A DNA stretch of 64,000 nt from an uncultured Bacilli bacterium (GTDB taxonomy: Bacteria > Bacillota_I > Bacilli_A > RFN20 > CAG-826). The notes beneath the pieces are model-generated. The model was not told the origin of the DNA and searched no databases. It saw only the letters and a program-made list of their open reading frames with translations. The stretch spans positions 12,118 to 76,117 of the forward strand of contig CAJOML010000001.1 in assembly GCA_905235705.1 (NCBI GenBank), read 5' to 3'. Position numbers and translations under genes: made by a program. Positions 28,033-38,203 of this stretch are shown here, piece after piece. Positions within the stretch are counted from its first letter, which is position 1. Each line of letters starts with the position of its first letter.

Positions 28033-29202
28033 ATGGAACTTCCTTTTCTTGAAGACTGTCTAGGCTGCCCGCTTCCCAGGTGCCAAAAAGGTTGCCCTCT
28101 AGGTAATGGCATTCGGGATATCATCTCTTTTGTTAAACAAGGAAAGGAAATAGAAGCGGCGACTTTGCTCCATCAAACTAACCCCTTTCCTGAGTTGACT
28201 TCCCTCCTTTGCGATCACCAGCGCCAATGCCGCGGGAATTGCATCCGTCATATCAAGGGGAGTGGGGTTGATTTCCCTTCCCTCGAATATGCGATTAGCC
28301 AATCTTACCCCTATCCTTTAGAGCAAAAGCCGCTTAACGGGAAAAAGATCGCTTGTATCGGGGCTGGCATTGCCAATTTAACGGTTGCTTTGATTTTGGC
28401 TAAGGAAGGATATGAAGTCGAAGTTTATGAAAAGGAAGGATTCATCGGCGGGGCCATCTTAACCGGCATCCCTTCTTTCCGATTTGATAAATCTGTCCTT
28501 GTCGAGATTAAGAAACGTCTGGATTCTTTGGGAGTTATCTTCCATCTTAATACCGATGTCGATGAAGCCTCTTTCGAAAAGATTAAGCGCACCCATGACC
28601 ATACTTTCCTTGGGGTTGGGGCGGAAAAAGAGAATACGGCCGGGATGACTCTATCAGGAGACATTATCGGCGGACTGAAATTCCTTTATTCCCTGAACGT
28701 GGAAAACAGGGAGCAAGACTATATCGGATATAAAAAAGCATGCGTGTGGGGTGGTGGTAATGTCGCTATCGACTGCGCGAGAAGTTTAAAACGAATCATT
28801 GATGACGTCAGCATTATTTATCGCCGCGGCGAAAAAGAAATGCCCGCGAGTATCGATGAGGTAGAAGAGGCGAAGAAAGAAGGGATCGGATTTAACCTTC
28901 TTTGCAACGCCAAGAATGCGAATATCCAAGACGGAAGACTAAAGAGCCTCACTTTGGTTAACATGGAACTTGGGGCTCCCGACGAATCCGGAAGGGCCTC
29001 CTTTAAAGAAATCGAAAACAGCGAATTCGAATCGCCCTGTGATTTACTTATCCTCGCGATCGGGGAAAAACCTGACCTATCGAAATTTGGTAATGTCGAC
29101 GGAGTCACTCTTGTCGGCGATTGCGCCTATGGGGCAGCCAATGTGGCTAGGGCCATTCGTAGCGGCTTAGACGAGGCAAAATCATTTATTGAAAAAAATT
29201 AG
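28033..29202 (+). CDS. GltD-family NAD(P)H-dependent oxidoreductase (glutamate synthase small-subunit-like / PreT-like) with N-terminal Fe-S Cys cluster
   Basis: N-terminal CxxCxxxCxxxCP-type cysteines. A GAGIANL dinucleotide-binding motif and a second GGGNVAIDCA motif. 389 aa. Confidence 0.7.
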   Translation: MELPFLEDCLGCPLPRCQKGCPLGNGIRDIISFVKQGKEIEAATLLHQTNPFPELTSLLCDHQRQCRGNCIRHIKGSGVDFPSLEYAISQSYPYPLEQKPLNGKKIACIGAGIANLTVALILAKEGYEVEVYEKEGFIGGAILTGIPSFRFDKSVLVEIKKRLDSLGVIFHLNTDVDEASFEKIKRTHDHTFLGVGAEKENTAGMTLSGDIIGGLKFLYSLNVENREQDYIGYKKACVWGGGNVAIDCARSLKRIIDDVSIIYRRGEKEMPASIDEVEEAKKEGIGFNLLCNAKNANIQDGRLKSLTLVNMELGAPDESGRASFKEIENSEFESPCDLLILAIGEKPDLSKFGNVDGVTLVGDCAYGAANVARAIRSGLDEAKSFIEKN

Positions 29203-29273
29203 CACTCAACACTTGCGAGTGCTAAAAAATGGTATATGATTATGGTGTGACCTCTAGAAAGGAGGACTTTACC

Positions 29274-31403
29274 ATGAATGAACAAATGCCACCCAATTAT
29301 GAAAACGACCCCGAGATCTTAGAGAAATTCGGACGTAATATAAACGATGCCATCCGCGATGGGAAGATTGATCCTGTTATCGGCAGAGATGAAGAAATCC
29401 GCAAAGTTATCCAGGTTTTAGCAAGGAAAACGAAGAATAACGTCGTTCTTTTAGGCGAACCTGGCGTTGGCAAAACCGCGATTGTCGAAGGCCTTGCCGA
29501 ACGTATCGTAAAAAACGATGTCCCCCAATCCTTACAAGGGAAAACCATTTATGAACTCGATATGGGCGCCCTTTTAGCAGGCGCTAAGTTCAGAGGCGAA
29601 TTCGAGGAGAGGCTCAAAGCCGTTTTGAAGAAAATCCAAGAATCCAATGGGAAGATTATTCTCTTTATCGATGAAATCCATCTTATCGTTGGCGCAGGCA
29701 AAGCCGAGGGGGCGATGGATGCCTCCAACATGCTTAAGCCCCTTTTGGCCAGAGGAGAGATCGATTGCATTGGCGCGACGACTTTAAATGAGTATCGTCA
29801 ATATATCGAAAAAGATAGGGCTCTGGAACGTCGATTCCAACCGGTTATGGTTGGTGAGCCTAGTGTCGCCGATACGATTTCAATTCTCCGCGGCATCAAA
29901 GAACATTTCGAAGGCTACCACGGCGTCGCCATTACCGATGGCGCACTTGTTGCTGCCGCGACTTTATCGAACCGTTACATTACGAACCGTTTCTTGCCGG
30001 ATAAGGCAATCGATTTGCTAGATGAAGCCTGCGCGACCATCAAAGTCGAGATTGAATCGATGCCGACCGAATTAGATGAAAGCAACCGTAAAATCCGTCA
30101 GCTTGAAATTGAACGTGTCGCTTTGAAAAAGGAAAAAGACGAATCCTCGATGAAACGTCTATTCGACTTAGAAAAAGAACTCGATGCCGAAAAAGCCAAA
30201 TTCGGATCTTTGTCGGAAAGATGGGAAAAGGAAAAGAAGGATGTTGCCAGCGCCAAAGAAGCGAAGAAACAACTAGAGAAAGCCAAATTCGATTTATCGG
30301 TTGCCTTCTCTAATGCCGACTACCGCAAAGCCAGCGAACTCCAATATAAAGTCATCCCTGACCTTGAAGAAAAGATCCGTCTTGTCGCCATGCAAGGAAA
30401 AGAGGAAGAACGCCTCGTGAATGAAGTGGTGGATGAAGAAGAAATCGCTAAGGTCGTTGCCAGGATGACCGGTATCCCTGTTTCAAAGATTTCCAAAGGC
30501 GACAAAGAAAAGGTCCTTGAACTCGAATCGACTTTGTCCCATCGCGTCATCGGCCAAGATGAAGCCATCCATTTGGTTTCGAACGCCATCCTTAGGCAAA
30601 GAGCCGGGATCAAAAACCCCAATCGCCCGATTGGCAGCTTCCTCTTCCTTGGCCCGACTGGGGTTGGGAAAACGGAAGTTTCAAAAGCCTTGGCCGAGGC
30701 CCTCTTTGATAACGAAAACAACATCATCCGCATCGACATGTCCGAATACATGGAAAAATATAGCGTCTCGCGTTTACTTGGCGCGGCGCCAGGATATGTT
30801 GGCTATGAAGAAGGCGGGCAGCTAACCGAGAAGGTGCGCCGTAACCCCTATTCAATTGTCTTGTTTGATGAAATCGAGAAAGCCGACCCCGAAGTGTTCA
30901 ATCTCTTACTCCAAGTTTTGGATGAGGGTCGTCTAACCGATAGCCAAGGCCATGTCGTTGACTTTAAAAACACCGTCATCATTATGACGAGCAACCTTGG
31001 CTCGGAATTCCTTCTAAACAATGACAGAAAGTCAGTCGATGTCTTATTAAGGAAGACATTCAAACCCGAATTCCTTAACCGCATCGATGAAATCATCTAT
31101 TTCAACGCTTTAAACGAAACCGTCCAAAAACAGATTGTCCGCAAACTTCTCAATGAATTAAGCGACCGTCTCAAAGAACTTTATTACAGCATCGATTTCG
31201 ATGAATCGGTGGTCGATGAAGTCATCGCCAAAGCCTATTCCGAAATCTATGGGGCAAGGCCTCTCAAACATTTCATTCAAGATGAAATCGAGACCTTAAT
31301 CGCCGAAAAGACAATCCGCGGTGAAGTGGATACTTCAAGTAAATATAAAGTTGAATATACCCCTGAAAAAGGCTTCACCATCGATAAGGTCAAGATGGCC
31401 TAA
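29274..31403 (+). CDS. clpB: ClpB-type AAA+ disaggregase lacking the N-terminal domain
   Basis: Two AAA+ modules ([19 protein letters not shown]) separated by a long coiled-coil M-domain. AAGGAGG RBS before ATG 29274. Confidence 0.9.
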   Translation: MNEQMPPNYENDPEILEKFGRNINDAIRDGKIDPVIGRDEEIRKVIQVLARKTKNNVVLLGEPGVGKTAIVEGLAERIVKNDVPQSLQGKTIYELDMGALLAGAKFRGEFEERLKAVLKKIQESNGKIILFIDEIHLIVGAGKAEGAMDASNMLKPLLARGEIDCIGATTLNEYRQYIEKDRALERRFQPVMVGEPSVADTISILRGIKEHFEGYHGVAITDGALVAAATLSNRYITNRFLPDKAIDLLDEACATIKVEIESMPTELDESNRKIRQLEIERVALKKEKDESSMKRLFDLEKELDAEKAKFGSLSERWEKEKKDVASAKEAKKQLEKAKFDLSVAFSNADYRKASELQYKVIPDLEEKIRLVAMQGKEEERLVNEVVDEEEIAKVVARMTGIPVSKISKGDKEKVLELESTLSHRVIGQDEAIHLVSNAILRQRAGIKNPNRPIGSFLFLGPTGVGKTEVSKALAEALFDNENNIIRIDMSEYMEKYSVSRLLGAAPGYVGYEEGGQLTEKVRRNPYSIVLFDEIEKADPEVFNLLLQVLDEGRLTDSQGHVVDFKNTVIIMTSNLGSEFLLNNDRKSVDVLLRKTFKPEFLNRIDEIIYFNALNETVQKQIVRKLLNELSDRLKELYYSIDFDESVVDEVIAKAYSEIYGARPLKHFIQDEIETLIAEKTIRGEVDTSSKYKVEYTPEKGFTIDKVKMA

Positions 31404-31420
31404 ATAACGAGGTTTTGCAA

Positions 31421-31452
31421 AGAAAAACGCTGGATTTCCCAGCGTTTTTTGT
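31421..31452. terminator. Bidirectional rho-independent terminator between clpB and flavodoxin gene
   Basis: aaaacgctgg atttc ccagcgtttttt, with an A-run on the other side. Confidence 0.7.
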
Positions 31453-31465
31453 TGGGACGTTGGAG

Positions 31466-32014
31466 TTATTCGACAATCTCTTTGTTCTCGTTAAGCCATT
31501 CTTCGATGACATAAGGGGCGGCATTGATATAGGGGGCGGCAATGGCGAATCCCTTGGCAAAATTGGCACGCGGGGCTTCCTTTTGGATTGTCTCTAAAGA
31601 ATAGAGAAAGATTTGTCCGCCATGGGTGACGAATGGGACAATTGTTTTCCCTTCGAAATCATGATCGCGGAGGAAAGAAAGGATAGGTGCGGGAATCGTT
31701 CCCCACCAGTTAGGATAGCCAAGGAAAACGATGTCGTAGGCTTCAAATCCATTCGGACCATCGTTGATTAACGGGGCCGAACCGTTTTCATATTCTTCTT
31801 TGGAACGAGCTAAGGTTTCGCTATAACTTGTGGGATAAGGAATCAAAGGTTCAATCTCGAAAAGATTGGCTTTGATATTGCGTTTAGCAAGGGCTTCGGA
31901 TAAGGCGGTCGCGGCAATTTTGGTGTTGCCTTGCCCTTTTAAGTCGATGATTTGGTCATCGATGAGATTCTCACCTCCGTGAGAGAAATAAGCGATTAAG
32001 ATACGTTTTGCCAT
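31466..32014 (-). CDS. Flavodoxin-family protein
   Basis: ILIAYFSHGGENL start with a flavodoxin-like fold pattern. 182 aa. Confidence 0.65.
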   Translation of the reverse strand: MAKRILIAYFSHGGENLIDDQIIDLKGQGNTKIAATALSEALAKRNIKANLFEIEPLIPYPTSYSETLARSKEEYENGSAPLINDGPNGFEAYDIVFLGYPNWWGTIPAPILSFLRDHDFEGKTIVPFVTHGGQIFLYSLETIQKEAPRANFAKGFAIAAPYINAAPYVIEEWLNENKEIVE

Positions 32015-32056
32015 GGGTTATCCTTTCTGCTGCAACATTGTATCGCATTTAACGAT

Positions 32057-33559
32057 TTATTTGGAATGGTATAGACGTTTGGTTTCATAAACCGGATCAG
32101 AGGTATGCTCAATTCCAAGTTTACGGAGAATCCCTTCCTCGAATTGTGACAAGATATGGGTGGTGTGGAGTTGTGAGCCGCGTAATTTCGGTAATTGTTC
32201 CATTGCTAGTTCGGCCAGGGGATTGGTAACGGCGGAGATAGAAAGGGCGACGAGAACCTCGTCAAGATGAAGACGGGGGTTATGGCCACCGAAGTCACGT
32301 GTCTTTAATTGGCATACCGGTTCGATAATCGCCTTAGGAAGGAGCAAGACATTATCGGAGATTCCGGCAAGTTTCTTTAGGGTATTCAAAACCATCGCGG
32401 ACGTGCATTTAAGAAGTGGGGTGGCTTTGCCTGTGATAAGGGTTCCATCAGGAAGCTCGATAGCCGCTGCCGGGCCACCGGTTTTTAAGCCTTTTTCCCT
32501 GGCCGCTTCGACGCAGCGACGTTGTTTGACTTCGATGCCGTTATTTTTCATGATGGCGTCGATTTTGGCGACGACCGAATCGGCGGAAGGATCATCGCGC
32601 CTAGAAGTGAGGGCTTTTAGGTAACGGCGAATAATCTCTTGGTAGGAGGCTTCGCGGCAAACTTCATCATCGATAATGCAATTACCGGCCATATTGACGC
32701 CCATGTCTGTCGGGGATTTGTAAGGAGATTGGCCATAGATCCTTTCGAACATACGGTTGAGGACCGGGAAGATTTCGATGTCGCGGTTATAATTGACCGT
32801 TGTCACCCCATAAGCTTCTAAGTGGTAGGGGTCAATCATGTTGATATCATCCAAATCCGCGGTGGCCGCTTCATAGGCAAGGTTAACGGGATGCTTTAAC
32901 GGCAAATTCCAAATCGGGAAGGTCTCGAATTTGGCATAGCCGGACTTAAGTCCTTTTTTGTTGTCATGGTAAAGTTGCGAGATACATGTCGCCATTTTTC
33001 CTGATCCTGGTCCAGGGGCGGTGACAACGATTAATGAGCGGCTGGTTTCGATATAGTCATTCTTCCCTAATCCCTCATCGGATACGATGGTATCGATGTC
33101 ATAGGGATAATTGGGAATGACGTAATGATGGTAGGTTTTGATGCCTTGGCGGTTTAAGACGCGTTCAAATTGCTTCGCCGCTTTTTGATTATTGAAATGG
33201 GTGAGACAAACCGAGCCAACAAATAATTCGGCTTCACGGAAAGCGTCGATTAAGCGGAGAACGTCTTGGTCATAAGTGATACCGAGATCTTGTCTGACTT
33301 TGGCTTGTTCGATGGTTTCGGAATTAATGACGATGACGATTTCGGCCTGCTCTTTCATTTTAAAGAGCATCTGCAATTTGGAATCGGCCTTGAATCCAGG
33401 CAAGACGCGTGAAGCGTGGTAGTCATCGAATAGCTTGCCTCCGAACTCCAAATAAAGCTTGCCGCCAAATTGGGCGATGCGTTTTTGGATTTGCGTCGAT
33501 TGCATCAAAAGGTATTTTTCATTATCAAAGCCGATTTTGTTCATAAGTGGTTCCGCCAT
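32057..33559 (-). CDS. UPF0371/DUF1846-family protein
   Basis: 500 aa. Resembles the conserved Firmicute family of that size from memory (GFDNEKYL N-terminus). Not verified. Confidence 0.5.
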   Translation of the reverse strand: MAEPLMNKIGFDNEKYLLMQSTQIQKRIAQFGGKLYLEFGGKLFDDYHASRVLPGFKADSKLQMLFKMKEQAEIVIVINSETIEQAKVRQDLGITYDQDVLRLIDAFREAELFVGSVCLTHFNNQKAAKQFERVLNRQGIKTYHHYVIPNYPYDIDTIVSDEGLGKNDYIETSRSLIVVTAPGPGSGKMATCISQLYHDNKKGLKSGYAKFETFPIWNLPLKHPVNLAYEAATADLDDINMIDPYHLEAYGVTTVNYNRDIEIFPVLNRMFERIYGQSPYKSPTDMGVNMAGNCIIDDEVCREASYQEIIRRYLKALTSRRDDPSADSVVAKIDAIMKNNGIEVKQRRCVEAAREKGLKTGGPAAAIELPDGTLITGKATPLLKCTSAMVLNTLKKLAGISDNVLLLPKAIIEPVCQLKTRDFGGHNPRLHLDEVLVALSISAVTNPLAELAMEQLPKLRGSQLHTTHILSQFEEGILRKLGIEHTSDPVYETKRLYHSK

Positions 33560-33720
33560 ACAGTTTGATATTTTGAACGAGGATAGAAAAATGGGAAGAA
33601 AAAATGAAATTATTTTTCTTTGTTCCAGTTATATTTTCCTCCTCTTATAATAAGAGAGTGGTAACCCTTGAGATCTTAGAACGTTCACAAAGAACCAGGC
33701 CTCGGAAATGGATCCGTAAC

Positions 33721-34668
33721 ATGGGCTGGATTTTCATTTTCCCGCTTCTTTTGATTTCGCTGTTGCTATTGAATCAGTTTTGGACCGATTCGCCGATCAC
33801 ATCTTGGCTAAACGAAACAATCCTCTCTCTTGGTACTTCCTCGTATCCTCTTTATACCTTGATGACTTTCCTCTTTTTGCCAGTCGCAACTTGGGTATTG
33901 GCAATCCCCATCATTATCATGTCGCAATGCATGGGGTCTTACCGCCACCCTTATTTGTTCCTTTCTATCCCTGGCGTTATCGTGGTCTTCGTTTGGCCTT
34001 TATTGATGGCCTTCGTCTATGTGGTTACCTATGTCCCTGCTGTCGCCAGTGCGGTCGGACGTTTCCTCCCCGCCGATATCCTTGCCTTGCTCAAGGACAT
34101 CAACGGTTATGTTGCAATCGGATATTCGATTTTCCTTGTTTTGATGTGCTTCTTGGCCATCATCTATAACGTCAATTACCCGGCTAAATACGAAGAGATT
34201 TATGCTAAGCGGAAAAAACGTCTCCTCGCGTATGATGATTTGGACAAACGAGCCGAATATAAACAACGTTTCTACGATGACTATAAACACGGGAATTTCA
34301 TTTCCATGATGTATGATCTCCATTTCGACGTCCTCGAAGGCGAAAGTAATGAACCCATCCCTGAGGATGCCTATGGATTCATTCGTTTCGTCAATGGCAA
34401 AAATAGGACTCAAATCTCTTCCGCCATCTTAGACGAATATATGAAAGACAAGCGTTATTGGGAAATCCGCAAAGTCTTCCATGATAACGAAACGCTTCGT
34501 CAATCCCTTGAAGGCGGGGCATCCATCAATTTGCCACCGCGAGTGAAATCTCGTAAGAAAAAACCTGCCCCTGCCGAAAAGCCGCCCTTTATTCCGCCTT
34601 TATCAAGTGACTTACGGAAGCCCCTTGATGAGAAGTCAAAATCCTGGTCGCCTGAAGATATTCGATAA
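33721..34668 (+). CDS. Membrane protein (about 5 TM) with basic C-terminal cytoplasmic tail
   Basis: ORF from 33604. The first plausible in-frame M after the promoter region is at 33721. Unknown function. Confidence 0.45.
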   Translation: MGWIFIFPLLLISLLLLNQFWTDSPITSWLNETILSLGTSSYPLYTLMTFLFLPVATWVLAIPIIIMSQCMGSYRHPYLFLSIPGVIVVFVWPLLMAFVYVVTYVPAVASAVGRFLPADILALLKDINGYVAIGYSIFLVLMCFLAIIYNVNYPAKYEEIYAKRKKRLLAYDDLDKRAEYKQRFYDDYKHGNFISMMYDLHFDVLEGESNEPIPEDAYGFIRFVNGKNRTQISSAILDEYMKDKRYWEIRKVFHDNETLRQSLEGGASINLPPRVKSRKKKPAPAEKPPFIPPLSSDLRKPLDEKSKSWSPEDIR

Positions 34669-34700
34669 AAAATAGCATGCACGTGGCATGCTATTTTCTT
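34665..34700. terminator. Bidirectional terminator (perfect hairpin atagcatgc-acgtg-gcatgctat)
   Basis: Flanked by an A-run and a T-run. Lies between convergent genes. Confidence 0.75.
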
Positions 34701-34708
34701 TGGTAAGT

Positions 34709-36487
34709 CTATTCTTTGAGTAGTTTTTCTAACTCATCAACGAGGTAGGTCATACGCCTAACGACGGCTTCGAATGGGGTTTTTGTCGTTAGGTCAACGC
34801 CGGCTTCTTTAACCTGATCGACAGGATAATCCGAACCGCCGGAACGAAGTAAGCCAAGATATTGTTCAAAGGCTCCTTCTTCGTCGTTATTGACGCGTTC
34901 ATAAATTAACATCGAAGAGGTAAACGATGTGGCGTATTGATAGACATAGAAAGGCGTGTAGAAAAGATGGGGGATATAAGCCCAAACAAGGGGTTTTAGT
35001 TTTTCTTCGGCGATTTCAATGCCATAGTAATCACGATAAAGGTCTTCCATGACTTTCGAGGCGACTTGATAGTTAATGGGTTCGCCGTTTTCGACTTTCT
35101 TGGCCATCTCATATTCATAATGGCCGAATAGGGTTTGGCGGTAGAAAGTGCCGACGATTTCATCGATGGCTTTTTGCAAAAGGAAGATGCGATCGTTTTT
35201 ATCAAGGTCGCCCTCTTTTAGAAGGTAGTCTAATAAGTTGTGTTCATTGAAAGTAGAGGCGATTTCGGCGACGAAGATGGTGTAATCTTGGGCTAAGGTG
35301 GGCTGGGATTCTTCGCTAAAGAGGGTGTGGATGGAATGGCCGGCTTCATGGGCAAGAGTGAAGACATCGTCTAATTTGCCAACGAAGTTGAGGAGAATGA
35401 AAGGGTGAAGGTCATAGCCGCCATTAGAATAAGCGCCAGTCCGTTTGCCTTCGCTAGGATAGACATCGACATAGCCATCGGCTAATACCTCGTGGGCTTT
35501 ATCTTGGAAGGTCTTGGGGAAGCGTTTGATGGAAGCGAAAAAGGTTTCTTTGGCTTGCTCATAAGTATATTCTTTGTCGCTTTGGGCAAGCTGGAGGAAA
35601 CGGTCATAGGAACGGTGCTTTTCTAAACCTAAGGCTTTCGCGCGTAAACGAATATATTTCTTTAAGGGCTCCGAGCCGTGGCTTGCCACATCGATTAGAT
35701 TCTCCAAGACGGAGACGGGGATGTTGTTATGCTTAAGATGAGTCTCGACGATAGATTTATAGCCGCGGCTTTTTTTCGTGGCTAGCTGGGCTTGCAAAAC
35801 AAGATTATAGATTTCCCCATAGGTGTTCTTGTGGAGGTCATAATGAGAATAAAGGGTCTCAAAGATCCTTTGCCTATCTTCGGCTGTCTTGGCTTTTTCG
35901 ATGAGCAACGTCCAATTTGCTTGGGAGACATTGACTTTGGATCCGTCGCTTAAGGTGCATTCTTTGCTCATCCCATCGGCAACGGAAAGTTGGGAATATA
36001 AAGTCCCGCCTTCACGAAGCAAAGGAGAATAGGCGGAAAGGAGGCTTTCCTTCTCGGCATCTAGAACGTGTTCTTGCTGGGCGAAGATTTTACGGAAGGT
36101 GAATGATAATTCCGCAAATTCTGGATATTTAGCCAAGAATTGCTTAATTTTTTCTTCGCCAATGGCGATGATTTCGGGCTGGAAGAAGGAATTCGCGGCG
36201 CTATATTCGTGATTGGCTAATTCAATTTTGGAAAGCAATGCGGCGTTTTCGACGTTCTTCTTGTTTAGGTCAGAAAGCATCTCCGCATAATAATAAAGAC
36301 GGACCAATTTCAAGGTCGCCTCTTTATCTAAACGGAGATAGGCGGCAAGACTACTTTCGCTAGAAAGTTTACCTTCATAGGCTTTAGAAAGAGGGATATA
36401 GGTCTTGAATTCGGCTAGGGCCTTTTCGGCAGCCTCATTGTTTTCAAATAGGACGCTTAAGTCCCAGGAAGTGTTATTTTTGGGCAT
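34709..36487 (-). CDS. pepF: Oligoendopeptidase F (M3B family)
   Basis: HEAGH zinc motif and M3 length. AAAGGAA RBS before ATG 36487. Confidence 0.85.
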   Translation of the reverse strand: MPKNNTSWDLSVLFENNEAAEKALAEFKTYIPLSKAYEGKLSSESSLAAYLRLDKEATLKLVRLYYYAEMLSDLNKKNVENAALLSKIELANHEYSAANSFFQPEIIAIGEEKIKQFLAKYPEFAELSFTFRKIFAQQEHVLDAEKESLLSAYSPLLREGGTLYSQLSVADGMSKECTLSDGSKVNVSQANWTLLIEKAKTAEDRQRIFETLYSHYDLHKNTYGEIYNLVLQAQLATKKSRGYKSIVETHLKHNNIPVSVLENLIDVASHGSEPLKKYIRLRAKALGLEKHRSYDRFLQLAQSDKEYTYEQAKETFFASIKRFPKTFQDKAHEVLADGYVDVYPSEGKRTGAYSNGGYDLHPFILLNFVGKLDDVFTLAHEAGHSIHTLFSEESQPTLAQDYTIFVAEIASTFNEHNLLDYLLKEGDLDKNDRIFLLQKAIDEIVGTFYRQTLFGHYEYEMAKKVENGEPINYQVASKVMEDLYRDYYGIEIAEEKLKPLVWAYIPHLFYTPFYVYQYATSFTSSMLIYERVNNDEEGAFEQYLGLLRSGGSDYPVDQVKEAGVDLTTKTPFEAVVRRMTYLVDELEKLLKE

Positions 36488-36527
36488 AAAAAATTCCTTT
36501 CTGAGAAAGGATATACCCAAAACGGGT

Positions 36528-37685
36528 TTATTTTAATAAGGAAGCGAAGTATTTAAGCTCTTTGTGAGCGATCACGCGGGCGGATTTGTCTTCGTTAAGA
36601 TAAGAAAGGAACCGTTCTTGGTATCGATCTAAACGGGTTTCGGTTTTTGTCTTTTCTTTTATTTGCGCGATCAATTCGGATGCCTTATAAGTCTTACGAT
36701 AATCGTAATCAAACATATCCATGATTCTTTCCAAGGAAAGGATAAAGGCTTTTTCCACCGGGTCCTTGATTTTTAAGACTGCTCTTTTGGTTTGGATTTT
36801 TTGCAAATCTAAGAAGCCACGCGGATCGTTTCTCATCCAGATATTGAAATATTCCCTAGCAAGAGAAGAGAAATAGAAATCGTTTTCTAAGGTAACGCGG
36901 TTCCCTTTCAATGAGCCAAAACTCTTCGCCGCGTCGATATAGCCAAGGCGAATATTATCTTCAATGCGGTTATGGGTGAAACTTAAAAACGAGCCTTGGC
37001 CAAGAGAAGGGGTAATCATGGTGACGTTAGGAAGGTCAAAAAGTTCTTGGTGCTGGGCTACCGGCAATGAATTTAGCTTCACGGCCACGACTTCTTCCGC
37101 CCCTAAGGATAAAGCAAAATCGATCGGCAGGTTATTTCGCCAACCCCCATCAACATAATCGCGTCCTTTTATTTCATATACGGGAAATACCGGCCAGCAA
37201 GCGCTGGAAGCCATTAAATAATCCACGACCTCTTCATCTTTCAATTGATTGACGACAACATCTTCTTCCTTGAATGAAGGGAAGTGGCAAATGACGATTC
37301 CGAGTGTTTTCGGGCCCCGATTGACATGAAGCGGCTCGATCACGTCCTTGAGCATTTTCTTTAAAGGAGCGGTGTTCGCGCCTTTATTCTTCTTATAAGA
37401 GTCAATGGCTTTCGAAAAAGAAGAATCCTTATTAAGATCAACCTTCCTTAGAAAGTTCCTATCGATATCGATGCCATCGGCCATGACCGAATTGACATCG
37501 ACGTTTTTCCACATATTTAACGCTTCTTCGTAGGCGTTAGATGCCACCATCGCCCCATTAATCGCGCCGATGGAAGTGCCGGTGATAATATCAAAATCCA
37601 TGCCATGTTCGCGGAAGTATTGCCATACCCCGATTTCATAGGCCCCTAAAGATCCGCCGCCACATAAGGCTAACCCACGTTTCAT
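36528..37685 (-). CDS. Patatin-like phospholipase
   Basis: CGGGSLGAY oxyanion motif, the GTSIG nucleophile elbow and a DGG motif. Confidence 0.75.
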   Translation of the reverse strand: MKRGLALCGGGSLGAYEIGVWQYFREHGMDFDIITGTSIGAINGAMVASNAYEEALNMWKNVDVNSVMADGIDIDRNFLRKVDLNKDSSFSKAIDSYKKNKGANTAPLKKMLKDVIEPLHVNRGPKTLGIVICHFPSFKEEDVVVNQLKDEEVVDYLMASSACWPVFPVYEIKGRDYVDGGWRNNLPIDFALSLGAEEVVAVKLNSLPVAQHQELFDLPNVTMITPSLGQGSFLSFTHNRIEDNIRLGYIDAAKSFGSLKGNRVTLENDFYFSSLAREYFNIWMRNDPRGFLDLQKIQTKRAVLKIKDPVEKAFILSLERIMDMFDYDYRKTYKASELIAQIKEKTKTETRLDRYQERFLSYLNEDKSARVIAHKELKYFASLLK

Positions 37686-37767
37686 GGGACTATTATGAGG
37701 GGAAGGAAAAATTTGTGAATGCTTTCTTTTCCTTTATCTAAGAAATAGAAGAGTCTAAAATCTCGTC

Positions 37768-38199
37768 ATGATCAAAAACATCTTGGCCTTAGATTTAGGA
37801 AAAGGGAGCCTAGGTATGGCTTTATCTAGGAGCGGCATGTTCGTCACGCCGCTAAATAATCTGCGTTTCCCGGCTGGCCAATACCAGTATGCGATTGACG
37901 GTATCAAAGAAGTGATGTTGACCGAAGATGTCGATTTGATGGTCATCGGCTTGCCTTTGTTTCCTAGTGGCGATCCCTGCGAGATGACGCCCATCGTTAT
38001 TTCCTTTATTGACCGTCTCCACGAAGCCTTCCCTTCCGTTCCGGTGATGCAGCAAGATGAACGTAATTCCACCGTTGAAGCGGCTGAAATGCTTCACGCG
38101 AATGGCAAAAACGCGAAAGCCCAACGGAAAAACATTGATTCGGCTGCCGCCACTATCATCTTAGAACGCTTCTTAAAAAGTATTGGCCAAATGGATTAA
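37768..38199 (+). CDS. ruvX: RuvX/YqgF Holliday-junction resolvase-like pre-16S rRNA nuclease
   Basis: ILALDLGKGSLG N-terminus, a later D..E pattern and a size of 143 aa. Confidence 0.7.
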   Translation: MIKNILALDLGKGSLGMALSRSGMFVTPLNNLRFPAGQYQYAIDGIKEVMLTEDVDLMVIGLPLFPSGDPCEMTPIVISFIDRLHEAFPSVPVMQQDERNSTVEAAEMLHANGKNAKAQRKNIDSAAATIILERFLKSIGQMD

Positions 38200-38203
38200 G
38201 CCA

